Origin: Candidatus Dojkabacteria bacterium
GTDB lineage: Bacteria; Patescibacteriota; Dojkabacteria; J137
Length of the DNA stretch: 64,000 nucleotides
Reading direction: 5' to 3'
Assembly: GCA_040006935.1 (NCBI GenBank)
Contig: JBDTVZ010000001.1
Location: 295,772-359,771 of the forward strand
Shown: positions 6,753-15,582 of the stretch, piece after piece
Position numbering within the stretch: position 1 is the first letter of the stretch
Layout of the letters: every line of letters starts with the position of its first letter
Position numbers and translations under genes: made by a program
Notes under the pieces: generated by a model
The model's database searches: none
The model's input: only the letters and a program-made list of their open reading frames with translations
Told to the model about the DNA's origin: nothing

Positions 6753-9329
6753 TTAATTATTAATAATTTGTAAATGTTGTTCTTTCAATTTCTCAACTTC
6801 TGTCGCCAAAATTTCCACATACAATGCATAACCAATTGTAGAAATATACCCACTCTGTTGGTCTCCTAAGATATTACCTGCACCTCTAATTTCTAAATCT
6901 CTACTTGCAATTCTAAACCCTGCGCCTAAGTCTTGATTATCCACCAAAGTTTGGAGTCTGTCTAGATATAATTTAGGTTTAATTTTCTTTTCATTCGCTT
7001 CTTCATTCGTAATTCGTAATTCGTCATTATCTTCTAATTTTGCCCCATCATAAAGTAGGTAACAGTATCCTTGTATATCTGATCTTCCAACTCTTCCTCT
7101 TAATTGATAAAGTTGTGATAATCCAAAATTTTGAGCTCTATTAATAATCATTGTATTAACATTTGGAATGTCTAAGCCATTTTCGATAATAGAAGTTGCA
7201 ATCAAAACGTCATGTTTTTTAATATAAAAATCAGACATAATTCTATCCAATTCCTGTGGACTCATTTGACCATGTGCATGAACAAATTTAATTCCAGGTA
7301 AAAGTCTTTTTAATTTTTCCTCAGTTGCTTTAATCGACATTACTTGGTTATGTACAAAGTAAACTTGGCCTCCTCTAGAAACTTCATACTCAATTGCTTT
7401 TATTGCTCTGTTAAGGCCTGCCCGCCCTCCTGACATGTCGGGAGCAGGCGGGTCGTTTTTAATAATTTCTGTTTTAACTGATTTTCTATTTACTGGAGGC
7501 GTAGATATAATGGATATATCTTGGATAGAAGAGAGTGCCATGCTCAAAGTTCTTGGAATTGGTGTCGCACTTACGGATAATACATGTACCCCATAGTTTA
7601 GAGTTTTGATTTTTTCTTTTTGTTTAACTCCAAACTTTTGTTCTTCGTCTACCACAAGAAGTTTTAACTTTTTAAATTTAACATCATTACTTAATAATCT
7701 GTGAGTTCCAACAACAATGTCCACTTTCCCAGTATTCATTTTATCTACAATTTGATTATTTTTTTCCTTTGTATTAAATCTTGAAATCATTTCGATCGAG
7801 AAAGGAAAGCTCTTGAACCTCTTTTTTAATACTTCAAAATGTTGTGCAGCTAGAATAGTTGTAGGAGCTAGGATGCCAACTTGGCCTCCACCTTCAACAA
7901 CTTTAAATGCAGCTCTCATTAAAACTTCTGTCTTTCCAAATCCAACATCTCCAACTAAAAGTCGATTCATTGGTTTATTTTTTGTTAAATCTGATAAAAC
8001 TTCGTTGATCGACCTGAGTTGATCTTCAGTTTCTTTAAAAGCAAATTCTTCAGTAAATATTTCATAATCTTTAGAATCTTTTTCTGAGATTGGTTCTGCA
8101 CTTGCCACTTCTCGTTTAGCGTAATGCTCAACAAGTTCGTGAGCCAAAAGACTTGTGGATTTTTTAATTTTCTCTTTTACTTGTGCCCATTGAACTCTTC
8201 CAAGTTTTGATAATCTAGGTTCTGAACCTTCGTTTCCAATAAATTTAGTAATTTTTTCAATCTGATTTATTGGAACAAATAGTTGATCTTCTCCAAAATA
8301 CCTAAGCTCTAAATATTCCATCATATTTCCATCTACTTCTTGTTGAGTTAAACCTTTGTATTCTGCAATTCCATAATCTTCGTGAACAACATAATCACCC
8401 ATTTCTATATTTCCTTCAAACTGCCTTAATAATTTTTGAATGTTTGAATTAAACTTCTTAGATTTTTCTGGACGAGTAAGGAAAATAGTCCCGTAAATTT
8501 CTCTATCAGTGAAAACTGCGATCTTAAGAGACTCTGAAATGAACCCAGCTGCAAGGTTAAGGGTCTTGAGTTGATGTGAGATTGTGTTACGAGTAAGTCC
8601 AGTGACTGAGTCCTCTTCAATATTTAACTCAGAATAGTTAGTACTTAATCTGTTGACTGTTTCATTGCTGCTTTTTATTATAATCTCGTAACTCAGTTTC
8701 CTCATTCTCTCGACCTCTAGCTCGAAAATATTAATTTTCGAATAGAACAGAGGAGGGAAGGTAAAGTCTGAATTCATTACATCAAACCCAGAAGGAGAAA
8801 TTTCTCTTAACGAATTTACAAAGATCATCTTCTCAAGTTCATTATTTTTTAATTCGTCATTCGTAATTCGTAATTTTATAGATTCTCTTTCTGTCTTGTC
8901 CTCTATAATCACATCTGAAAGATAAAATCTCTTTATAGGCTCAATCTTTCGACCATATAGTTCGTCAAATAAATACAATGACTCCATTTCTTCACCAAAG
9001 AATTCAATTCTGATTGGATGCTCGTAACCAATTGGCCATAATGAAACAATATCTCCCTTGATTGTATAGTCAAGCTTCTCGGTAATTTGTTCAACTCGAT
9101 TAAATATTGGGAGCTCTTCTTGTGCTACAGAAGTATCTCGAGAATTAACAGCTTGTCTTTCTAAATATTTCTTAATATTGCTAAAAGTTATGTCAGAATA
9201 AGGCTTGAGATCATTTAGGAAATCGACAATTTCTCTGGAATATAAATTTGAATATACAAAACCACCCTCGTTTTTTAAAAACAGGGGTATTAAATGCGGA
9301 AGGGTTTTTATTAACTTTATTCGTTGCAT
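6753..9329 (-). CDS. mfd: transcription-repair coupling factor, N-terminally short form (858 aa)
   Basis: Walker A GFGKT, DEEQ box, and helicase C-terminal region QLRGRVGRS. It lacks the N-terminal UvrB-homology region of the roughly 1150-aa canonical Mfd. Confidence 0.85.
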   Translation of the reverse strand: MQRIKLIKTLPHLIPLFLKNEGGFVYSNLYSREIVDFLNDLKPYSDITFSNIKKYLERQAVNSRDTSVAQEELPIFNRVEQITEKLDYTIKGDIVSLWPIGYEHPIRIEFFGEEMESLYLFDELYGRKIEPIKRFYLSDVIIEDKTERESIKLRITNDELKNNELEKMIFVNSLREISPSGFDVMNSDFTFPPLFYSKINIFELEVERMRKLSYEIIIKSSNETVNRLSTNYSELNIEEDSVTGLTRNTISHQLKTLNLAAGFISESLKIAVFTDREIYGTIFLTRPEKSKKFNSNIQKLLRQFEGNIEMGDYVVHEDYGIAEYKGLTQQEVDGNMMEYLELRYFGEDQLFVPINQIEKITKFIGNEGSEPRLSKLGRVQWAQVKEKIKKSTSLLAHELVEHYAKREVASAEPISEKDSKDYEIFTEEFAFKETEDQLRSINEVLSDLTKNKPMNRLLVGDVGFGKTEVLMRAAFKVVEGGGQVGILAPTTILAAQHFEVLKKRFKSFPFSIEMISRFNTKEKNNQIVDKMNTGKVDIVVGTHRLLSNDVKFKKLKLLVVDEEQKFGVKQKEKIKTLNYGVHVLSVSATPIPRTLSMALSSIQDISIISTPPVNRKSVKTEIIKNDPPAPDMSGGRAGLNRAIKAIEYEVSRGGQVYFVHNQVMSIKATEEKLKRLLPGIKFVHAHGQMSPQELDRIMSDFYIKKHDVLIATSIIENGLDIPNVNTMIINRAQNFGLSQLYQLRGRVGRSDIQGYCYLLYDGAKLEDNDELRITNEEANEKKIKPKLYLDRLQTLVDNQDLGAGFRIASRDLEIRGAGNILGDQQSGYISTIGYALYVEILATEVEKLKEQHLQIINN
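7425..7465. repeat. GC-rich palindromic element inserted in-frame inside mfd (encodes PPAPDMSGGRAGL)
   Basis: GGCCTGCCCGCCCTCCTGACATGTCGGGAGCAGGCGGG is about 75% GC inside a roughly 30% GC gene. Its arms match the intergenic copies at 9476-9510 and 47833-47866. Confidence 0.7.
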
Positions 9330-9410
9330 TAGAACGTAATTATAGCATGGGAAGTGTTAACCTGTTGTATATTTATTACGTAAGGACGCATCTGCCGTGT
9401 GTAGGGTTTG

Positions 9411-9467
9411 TAGACCTGAGATTCGTAGGGGACGCATTTATGCGTCCCCTATAAAAGTGCCAGAATC
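9411..9467. repeat. element family R2 (CTGAGATTCGTAGGGGACGCATTTATGCGTCCCCT...TGCCAGAATC)
   Basis: Second copy at 13231-13290. Contains the perfect hairpin GGGACGCATTTATGCGTCCC. Confidence 0.7.
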
Positions 9468-9475
9468 AAAGAGTA

Positions 9476-9564
9476 ATCCCCGCCTGCTCCCGACCAGCAG
9501 GAGGGCGGGCAGGCAACTTCATGCGGTATTGAACTGCCAGAAACAAAGAAGAGGTGGTAAGGTC
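9476..9564. repeat. element family R3 (CCCGCCTGCTCCCGAC..CAGGAGGGCGGGCAGGCAACTTCATGCGGTATTGAACTGCCAG...GAGGTGGTAAGGT)
   Basis: Near-identical copy at 47833-47914, and a partial copy at 13296-13343. Confidence 0.75.
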
Positions 9565-9606
9565 AAGATACAAAATGACGATAACTTGTGTATACTCAAC
9601 ATAGAT

Positions 9607-9704
9607 CAAGGGCGTGTTACCTGCCTGACTGCGCAGTCAGGCATGGCGCCCTTGACGGGATTGGCCACGCCTCGCTGATAAAATCAGCTCGGCTCGCAAT
9701 GACA
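9607..9704. repeat. element of the R1/R4 composite family (CAAGGGCG..perfect 18-bp palindrome CCTGACTGCGCAGTCAGG..CGCCCTTG, then ACGGGATTGGCCACGCCTCG...GGCTCGCAATGACA)
   Basis: The palindrome was read directly. The right module recurs at 3670-3719 and 51497-51535. Confidence 0.65.
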
Positions 9705-9714
9705 TCCAAGCAAC

Positions 9715-9750
9715 AAAAAAGGCTCCTTACGGAGCCTTTTATTACTTTTT
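9715..9750. terminator. bidirectional intrinsic terminator hairpin (AGGCTCC TTAC GGAGCCT flanked by A and T runs)
   Basis: GC stem with T runs on both strands, immediately downstream of the minus-strand DEAD-box helicase gene. Confidence 0.6.
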
Positions 9751-9761
9751 CAGATTTCTAG

Positions 9762-11339
9762 TTAACTAACAAATGTTAATGCATTACCTTTTTTACCCGC
9801 TCTTCCTGTTCTTCCAATTCTATGAACATAATCTTCATATGTCGCTGGTTCATCATAATTGATCACATGACTAACGTTTGGTATGTCTAGACCTCTTGCG
9901 GCAACATCAGTTGCAATAAGGATACTGATCTTTTCATTCTTAAATTTATATAACGCCTGTTGTCTTTTGAACTGAGATTTATCTCCATGAATGCTGTCTG
10001 CCTTAAATCCAGCTGTTGAAAGCTCTCTTGTAAGTTTGTCAGCACCAATTTTTGTTCTGGTAAAGATGAGTACTTTATAAAATTCAGGTTTGTTTAAAAG
10101 TTCTTTTAATGTATCTATTTTATTTGCTCCTGGTGCAACTCTAATAATGTCTTGGTCAACATTTTTTGCTGTATCTCCTGTTTTTACAGAAACTTTAACT
10201 GGATCTGTAAGAAATGAATTTATGATTCCTTCCATTTGCTTCTCCAATGTAGCAGAGAAGAATAGTGATTGTCTTTGCTTAGGAAATTTTTCTACTAAGA
10301 ATCTGACATCATCTACAAATCCCATGTCCAACATTCGATCAACTTCGTCTAAAACAATGTTTTTAAATCCAGAGAGGTCCAACATTCTTCTATTTACTAA
10401 ATCCTTTAATCTTCCTGGTGTTCCAATTACAAAGTTGAATCGTCTTCTCAATCCATACATTTGGGCTCTTATGTTAGCTCCTCCAATGCATAATACGGAA
10501 TACATATTCATAAATTTACTAAAATCTCTAAATTCATCTTCAATTTGTAGTGCCAACTCTCTTGTTGGAACAATAATCAAAGCTTGTTCGTTTGGATTTG
10601 CAAGTACTTTACTTATAAGTGGAAGCAAAAATGCAGCAGTTTTACCTGTTCCAGTGTTTGCGATTCCAAGTACGTCTTTGCCTTCTATAATTAGAGGTAT
10701 TGTTTGATCTTGAATTGGAGTCGGATTTTTATATCCCTTCAATTCAACATTCTTTTTAACTCTAGCATCTAATTTGAAGTCGTTAAATTCGTATTTAGCA
10801 ACGTAAGGTATTTCTTCTACTAATTCACCTTTTTTAATATATTTGCTTTGATTTATTACTGACGAAAATCTTGCGCCTCTATTCCCGCCCCTATAACCTC
10901 CTGATGATCTACCATAACTTGAACTTCCGCCTCTGTATCCACCTGATGATCTGTTTTGGGAATAACTGCTTCTGTTTTCTGTTCGGTTGTAACCACCTTC
11001 AGGTCTGTTGTAATTGCCTTCTGTTCTGTTTTCGTTTTGGCTAGAATCTCTTCCTCCAAAATTACTATCTGAACTTGGTCTTCTATCATTTCCAAATCTT
11101 CTTGGACCTCTATTTGTTGATGCTGGTCTGAAAGAATAATCTGAGTCAGATCTTCTAGTTTCTGAATCGAAAGGTTTTCGTTCTGGTAAACGTGAATTTC
11201 CGCTTAAGAAATCATTCTTTGGACCTGTTGAAGAAGAATTAAAATCTCTTCTTGGTCTTTCTGTTCTATCCGAAGCTCCTTTAAAAGGATACTTTCTCTT
11301 TTGAAAACCACCTGGTTTTCTGTTGTTGTTATCGTACAT
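9762..11339 (-). CDS. DEAD-box ATP-dependent RNA helicase with an N-terminal low-complexity RGG/YG-rich extension of about 180 aa
   Basis: Q-motif region, GTGKT, DEVD, SAT and HRIGRTGRAG motifs. The N-terminus is SGGYRGG repeats. Confidence 0.85.
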   Translation of the reverse strand: MYDNNNRKPGGFQKRKYPFKGASDRTERPRRDFNSSSTGPKNDFLSGNSRLPERKPFDSETRRSDSDYSFRPASTNRGPRRFGNDRRPSSDSNFGGRDSSQNENRTEGNYNRPEGGYNRTENRSSYSQNRSSGGYRGGSSSYGRSSGGYRGGNRGARFSSVINQSKYIKKGELVEEIPYVAKYEFNDFKLDARVKKNVELKGYKNPTPIQDQTIPLIIEGKDVLGIANTGTGKTAAFLLPLISKVLANPNEQALIIVPTRELALQIEDEFRDFSKFMNMYSVLCIGGANIRAQMYGLRRRFNFVIGTPGRLKDLVNRRMLDLSGFKNIVLDEVDRMLDMGFVDDVRFLVEKFPKQRQSLFFSATLEKQMEGIINSFLTDPVKVSVKTGDTAKNVDQDIIRVAPGANKIDTLKELLNKPEFYKVLIFTRTKIGADKLTRELSTAGFKADSIHGDKSQFKRQQALYKFKNEKISILIATDVAARGLDIPNVSHVINYDEPATYEDYVHRIGRTGRAGKKGNALTFVS

Positions 11340-11586
11340 ACGTAACTGTAAAAAATAATATTATCCCGCTAAACCAAGCTCTAAAACCATTTTTAAGCAT
11401 AAAGCCGGTTCGAACAATAATCTGTTTCGTAAAACGAAACCTATTTAGCTTCTCAGGAAAAATATTTGTTTCTTACACAAGACAAGAAGCTAATTGCGAA
11501 GATAGGAATATTATACCACAGATTCGATCTAAAAGCTACTTTAAGTAGAGTTCTTGGCGAACCATACCATCTAAGACTATCCATGA

Positions 11587-12315
11587 TTACTTACTCTCTT
11601 TAGAATAATAAGCTATACATTTCACTAGATAGTATAACCAGAAAATACTTACAATAATGGCTCCAGATAAGTATTCTCCCGGAACTGGTGAAGTATAAGT
11701 TATTACTTTCCCATTATCTAAAATATAATTTACAATTTGGTAAATACTAGTTGGTATCAAGATTAAACTACTTAAACTAAATATAGCTAATAAAGTAAAA
11801 TTGTAAGTTTTAGCAATCAAACTATATGGTGAAACTGGACCACTAATTCTTTTTATAAATAGAATATTTAATAAAATATGAAGTGCAAAAATAATTAAAG
11901 AACTGACCAGTAGAGAGACTCCAATTACTAATTCTTCACGCTGAGCAGTTGTATTTACAATATATTGATTACTATTAATAGTAATTAAGGATTGATTATC
12001 ACCTAAGTAAGTAGCATCCGGAGCTATCGGTTTTGAATCAACAGGAGTCGGTTGATAATAATTATTAACTTGATAACTAAATTGATAGCCACCAATGTAA
12101 CTCATGGTCGCTCTTAAAATCGATATCAGGCCTGTTGCGATGAATACAATACTCAATAGGCAAATCCCATAGTAATAAACTTGTAAAATTCTACCCACAC
12201 TTATTTTTCTTGGATGAGAATCTTTTAATCTACCTGTTAGAAACGAAACTCCACCAATCAAAACTCCCAAAAATACCATGAGACCGGCAATAAATAAGAA
12301 TATGCTTGTAGACAT
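11587..12315 (-). CDS. hypothetical polytopic membrane protein (242 aa)
   Basis: Several hydrophobic helices. No motif recognised. Confidence 0.45.
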   Translation of the reverse strand: MSTSIFLFIAGLMVFLGVLIGGVSFLTGRLKDSHPRKISVGRILQVYYYGICLLSIVFIATGLISILRATMSYIGGYQFSYQVNNYYQPTPVDSKPIAPDATYLGDNQSLITINSNQYIVNTTAQREELVIGVSLLVSSLIIFALHILLNILFIKRISGPVSPYSLIAKTYNFTLLAIFSLSSLILIPTSIYQIVNYILDNGKVITYTSPVPGEYLSGAIIVSIFWLYYLVKCIAYYSKESK

Positions 12316-12445
12316 AAATATGTTTTAAGATTTAATTAAATACAGTATACATTCTTTGCTATACCATTACGAGTAGTAAGAATAGCCTATTTAATATTTC
12401 ATCCTTCTGTCCTATAATCCTATTAATATTCTTTATACCCATATT

Positions 12446-13222
12446 ATGGAAATTGTTTTACTTTGCATGTGTTTAATAGGATTCTTTATAATCTTTACAG
12501 TTTTCTCAGGATTTAGAATCGTAAATCAGTATCAAATAGGTATTATAATGAGATTGGGTAAAATAGTTGGTATTGCACAACCTGGATTAACATTAATTAT
12601 TCCTTATATTGATAGAATAGTTTTAATTGATACAAGAACTGTGACTCTTCCTATTCAATCTCAGAAAATTATCACTAAAGACAATGTTTCGATTGATGTT
12701 GCTGGAGTTGCATATTTCAGAATAATTGATGCAATCAAATCTTATACTCAAATTACAAATGCAAACGCAGCAGTTGATCAAATAGCCCAAACTACTGTTA
12801 GAGAAATTATAGGAAGATTTATTCTTGATGATCTTTTAACTAAGACAGATGAAATTAATACAGAAATCAGAACAATTTTAGATAAACATACAGAAACATG
12901 GGGAATTGAAGTTACTATTGTTCAGTTGAAAGATATTGAATTACCAGAATCAATGAAGAGAGCAATGTCAAAAGAAGCTGAAGCAGAAAGAGAGAAGAGA
13001 GCAAAAATTATTGCTGCTGAAGGAGAGTTTCAGGCATCAAAACAACTTGCAGAAGCAGCTAAAGTTATGGCAGCACAACCTATTACACTTGAATTGAGAA
13101 CTCTTCAAACATTAACTAATATTGCTGAAGAAAAAAATTCTACAATAATATTCCCTGCGAGATTTATGGATATTGCTGAGGTTTTGGGTGATTTAGGTAA
13201 GAAATTTATGCCGAAGGAATAA
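12446..13222 (+). CDS. SPFH/band 7 (stomatin-like) membrane protein
   Basis: N-terminal TM helix, PGLTLIIPYIDRIVLIDTRT, and a coiled-coil EAEREKRAKI typical of stomatin/HflKC-like proteins. Confidence 0.8.
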   Translation: MEIVLLCMCLIGFFIIFTVFSGFRIVNQYQIGIIMRLGKIVGIAQPGLTLIIPYIDRIVLIDTRTVTLPIQSQKIITKDNVSIDVAGVAYFRIIDAIKSYTQITNANAAVDQIAQTTVREIIGRFILDDLLTKTDEINTEIRTILDKHTETWGIEVTIVQLKDIELPESMKRAMSKEAEAEREKRAKIIAAEGEFQASKQLAEAAKVMAAQPITLELRTLQTLTNIAEEKNSTIIFPARFMDIAEVLGDLGKKFMPKE

Positions 13223-13230
13223 TGTAAGGA

Positions 13231-13290
13231 CTGAGATTCGTAGTGGACGCATTTATGCGTCCACTCATAGATTGCCAGATCCAGCTTAGA
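13231..13290. repeat. element family R2 copy
   Basis: CTGAGATTCGTAGTGGACGCATTTATGCGTCCACT matches 9420-9455. Confidence 0.7.
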
Positions 13291-13295
13291 TCCAA

Positions 13296-13343
13296 CCCCA
13301 CCTATCTTTAACTGCCTTGTGAGTAAATGAGGTGGTAAGGTTC
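13296..13343. repeat. partial R3 copy (AACTGCC..GAGGTGGTAAGGT module)
   Basis: Matches 9528-9564 and 47880-47914. Confidence 0.55.
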
Positions 13344-13378
13344 ATAAATATTATTCTCATTCTCTCCTCCTCTTTGTA

Positions 13379-13435
13379 ACCTGCCTGCCGTCCGTGTCTG
13401 CCGACAGGCGTCAGGCACAGAAGGAGGGAGGGAGG
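13379..13435. repeat. element family R5 (CCTGCCTGCCGTCCGTGTCTGCCGACAGGCGTCAGGCACAGAAGGAGG)
   Basis: Second copy at 40095-40142 (GCCTGCCTTCCGTGTCTGCCGACAGGCAAGGCAGGCACGGAAGG). Confidence 0.7.
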
Positions 13436-13470
13436 AGTTATTAACTCCCCTAACCCCTCTTAACAAGAGG
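13433..13470. repeat. element family R6 (GAGTTATTAACTCCCCTAACCCCTCTTAACAAGAGGGG)
   Basis: Inverted copy at 46070-46107. Confidence 0.65.
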
Positions 13471-13499
13471 GGAAACCTCACACTTCAATTTGAGAAACA

Positions 13500-13528
13500 G
13501 AAAGCGAGGTTAATAAACCTCGCTTCCC
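13500..13528 (-). terminator. hairpin AAGCGAGGT..ACCTCGCTT downstream of typA, a candidate intrinsic terminator
   Basis: 9-bp stem followed on the minus strand by a T-rich stretch. Confidence 0.4.
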
Positions 13529-13546
13529 AGCCCACTTATTTTAATT

Positions 13547-15439
13547 TTACTTAGCTCCCATTTGCTGTTTAGCAAAATCTGTTAGATTTTTTCTCTTACT
13601 CCAATCTCTTTCTGTTTTTGTTAAGAAAGCCTTTCTTAATCTTAAATGTTTTGGTGTAACTTCTAAAACTTCATCGTCGTTCATGAAAACTAATGCGAAT
13701 TCTAAAGTTAATGCTTTAATTGCTTTTAGAGTAGTTTGAGTAATTTCGTCGTGCTTCATTCTAACTGCAGATTTTTGTCTTTCCTTTACTGGATTAACTT
13801 CCAAATCGGCATCATACTTATTTATTCCTAAAATCATTCCTGTATAAACTTCTGTTCCTGGTTCTGTAAATAATTCTCCTCTTTCTTGAATAGTATTTAA
13901 TGAGTAACCCATTGCAACTCCTGGATCAGTAGAAATTAGAACTCCTTTTCTATAAATTTCTGTTTGATGAGTATACGGAACATTATCAATTATGAAGTTA
14001 TTCATTACTAAGTTACCTTTAGTTTGAGTTAAAAGGATATTCCTTAAACCCAAAAGGTTTCTTGTTAAGATTTTATAAGTAAACCTTGCTTGTCCATTTT
14101 CAAGTTTTAAATCCTGCATTTCTGCTCTTCTTTCTGCTAGTGCAGAAGTTACAGTACCTTGATACTCTGAAGGTACATCAATAATTACTTCTTCTAGTGG
14201 TTCGAACTTTTTGCCATCGATTTCTTTCATTAAAACTTCTGGTCTTCTAATTTGGAATTCATACCCTTCTCTTCTTAATGTTTCAATTAAGATCGATAAC
14301 TGAAGCTCTCCTCTTCCTGCTACATAATATGATCCACCATCACTTTTAGTAATTTTCAGAGAAATATTAGTTTCAGCTTCTTTATCCAATCTTTGTTGAA
14401 GTTGTTTTGCTGTAACAAATTTACCTTCTTTTCCAACAAGTGGAGAAGTGTTTGCTTCAAATTTAATTCGAACAGTTGGTTCAGAGATTTTAATTCCTGG
14501 TAATGCTTCTACATTAGTTGATACACAAAGTGTACCTCCAATTGCTGTAGATTCAACTCCTAAAATTGCAACAATATCTCCAGCAATAACATTATCTACT
14601 GCTTTGAATTCAAGTCCTTCTCTAACATAAAGATTTTTAATCTTTCCTGATTCTCTTTTTGGATTTTCTGTATCTCCACTTACAATTACAATATTCTCTC
14701 CTACGCGTGCTTTACCTCTGTTAATTCTTCCAATAAGCATTCTTCCTTGATAACTATCGTATTCAAGAGAACAAATTTGCATTTGTAATGGTCCATTAAT
14801 ATCTCCAACCGGTGCTGGAATATGTTCAATAATTGCATCGAGTAGAGGAGAAATATCTCCAGGTACTGTACTGAAATCTCCTTGAGCATTTTTCTGTGGA
14901 AGTTCTTTCCAAGCTTTTCCTTCTCTTCCAACTGCGTAGAAGACAGGGAAGTCTAATTGTGCTTCGTCTGTAGCAAGTGTTAAGAATAAGTCTGAAGCTT
15001 CGTTTAAAGCTTTTTCTGGTGTTGCGAATGCTTTATCTATCTTATTAATGACTAAAATAGGTTTTAAACCCATTTCTAAAGCTTTTCTAAGTACAAATTT
15101 TGTTTGTGGCATAACTCCTTCTTGTGCATCGATGATTAATAAACAACCATCTGCCATATTCAGAGTTCTTTCTACTTCTCCTCCAAAATCTGCGTGTCCT
15201 GGAGTATCAACAATGTTAATTTTATAATCATTATATGTAATAGAAACATTTTTAGCTTTTATAGTAATTCCTTTTTCTCTTTCTAAATCTCCTGTATCTA
15301 GTATCATTTCCTGGCTCATTTCATCCTGGTTATCTCTAAAAAGGTGACTTTGTTTTAGGAATGCGTCCACTAAAGTAGTTTTACCGTGGTCAACGTGAGC
15401 AATAATAGCAATGTTTCTGATTTTTGATTGGTCTTCCAT
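13547..15439 (-). CDS. typA: translational GTPase TypA/BipA
   Basis: IRNIAIIAHVDHGKTTLVD G1 motif, DTPGHADF, NKID. I chose the ATG at 15439 so the N-terminus matches the canonical BipA start. The track ORF extends to 15529 with a 30-aa leader that is probably not translated. Confidence 0.85.
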   Translation of the reverse strand: MEDQSKIRNIAIIAHVDHGKTTLVDAFLKQSHLFRDNQDEMSQEMILDTGDLEREKGITIKAKNVSITYNDYKINIVDTPGHADFGGEVERTLNMADGCLLIIDAQEGVMPQTKFVLRKALEMGLKPILVINKIDKAFATPEKALNEASDLFLTLATDEAQLDFPVFYAVGREGKAWKELPQKNAQGDFSTVPGDISPLLDAIIEHIPAPVGDINGPLQMQICSLEYDSYQGRMLIGRINRGKARVGENIVIVSGDTENPKRESGKIKNLYVREGLEFKAVDNVIAGDIVAILGVESTAIGGTLCVSTNVEALPGIKISEPTVRIKFEANTSPLVGKEGKFVTAKQLQQRLDKEAETNISLKITKSDGGSYYVAGRGELQLSILIETLRREGYEFQIRRPEVLMKEIDGKKFEPLEEVIIDVPSEYQGTVTSALAERRAEMQDLKLENGQARFTYKILTRNLLGLRNILLTQTKGNLVMNNFIIDNVPYTHQTEIYRKGVLISTDPGVAMGYSLNTIQERGELFTEPGTEVYTGMILGINKYDADLEVNPVKERQKSAVRMKHDEITQTTLKAIKALTLEFALVFMNDDEVLEVTPKHLRLRKAFLTKTERDWSKRKNLTDFAKQQMGAK

Positions 15440-15582
15440 AAATTTGTTTAAAAGCTTTGTATTATACCATAAAAACTGCGTTTTTTCTGCTATAAAGTTT
15501 AAAGGTTTAAAAGTTTGAAGGTTATTCAACCTTACAACATTTCAACTTTAAAACATTTGAACTAAATTAGATTTTAGTTAAA

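Noticed and set aside
7813-8022. Plus-strand ORFs antisense to mfd, and the many other short antisense ORFs in the track (1709, 8426, 9248, 10090, 14448, 14701, 20253, 25296, 28294, 29354, 30076, 31377, 32853, 33741, 34112, 34359, 34363, 34854, 36096, 37257, 39111, 40222, 50086, 51457, 51688, 55155, 56203, 56732, 57429, 59237, 59881, 60710, 62111)
   Set aside because: All are embedded in, and mostly antisense to, longer ORFs with clear protein-family motifs. They are biased by the AT-rich composition and are not credible genes.
9397-9678. 93-aa ORF with an Arg-rich translation across the mfd/DEAD intergenic region
   Set aside because: It lies entirely within repeated GC-rich palindromic elements (R2, R3, R4 copies). 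The ORF is a by-product of the GC-rich repeats.
10856-11095. 79-aa ORF on the same strand as the DEAD-box helicase but in another frame
   Set aside because: It overlaps the low-complexity repeat region of the helicase N-terminus. It is an alternative-frame artefact.
11395-11420. GCCGGTTCGAAC motif considered as a tRNA T-arm
   Set aside because: There is no acceptor or anticodon arm around it. It is an isolated match.
13547-15529. Upstream-extended start for typA as given in the ORF track
   Set aside because: The canonical BipA N-terminus begins a few residues before the G1 motif. The ATG at 15439 reproduces that. The 30-aa leader has no counterpart in typical BipA proteins.
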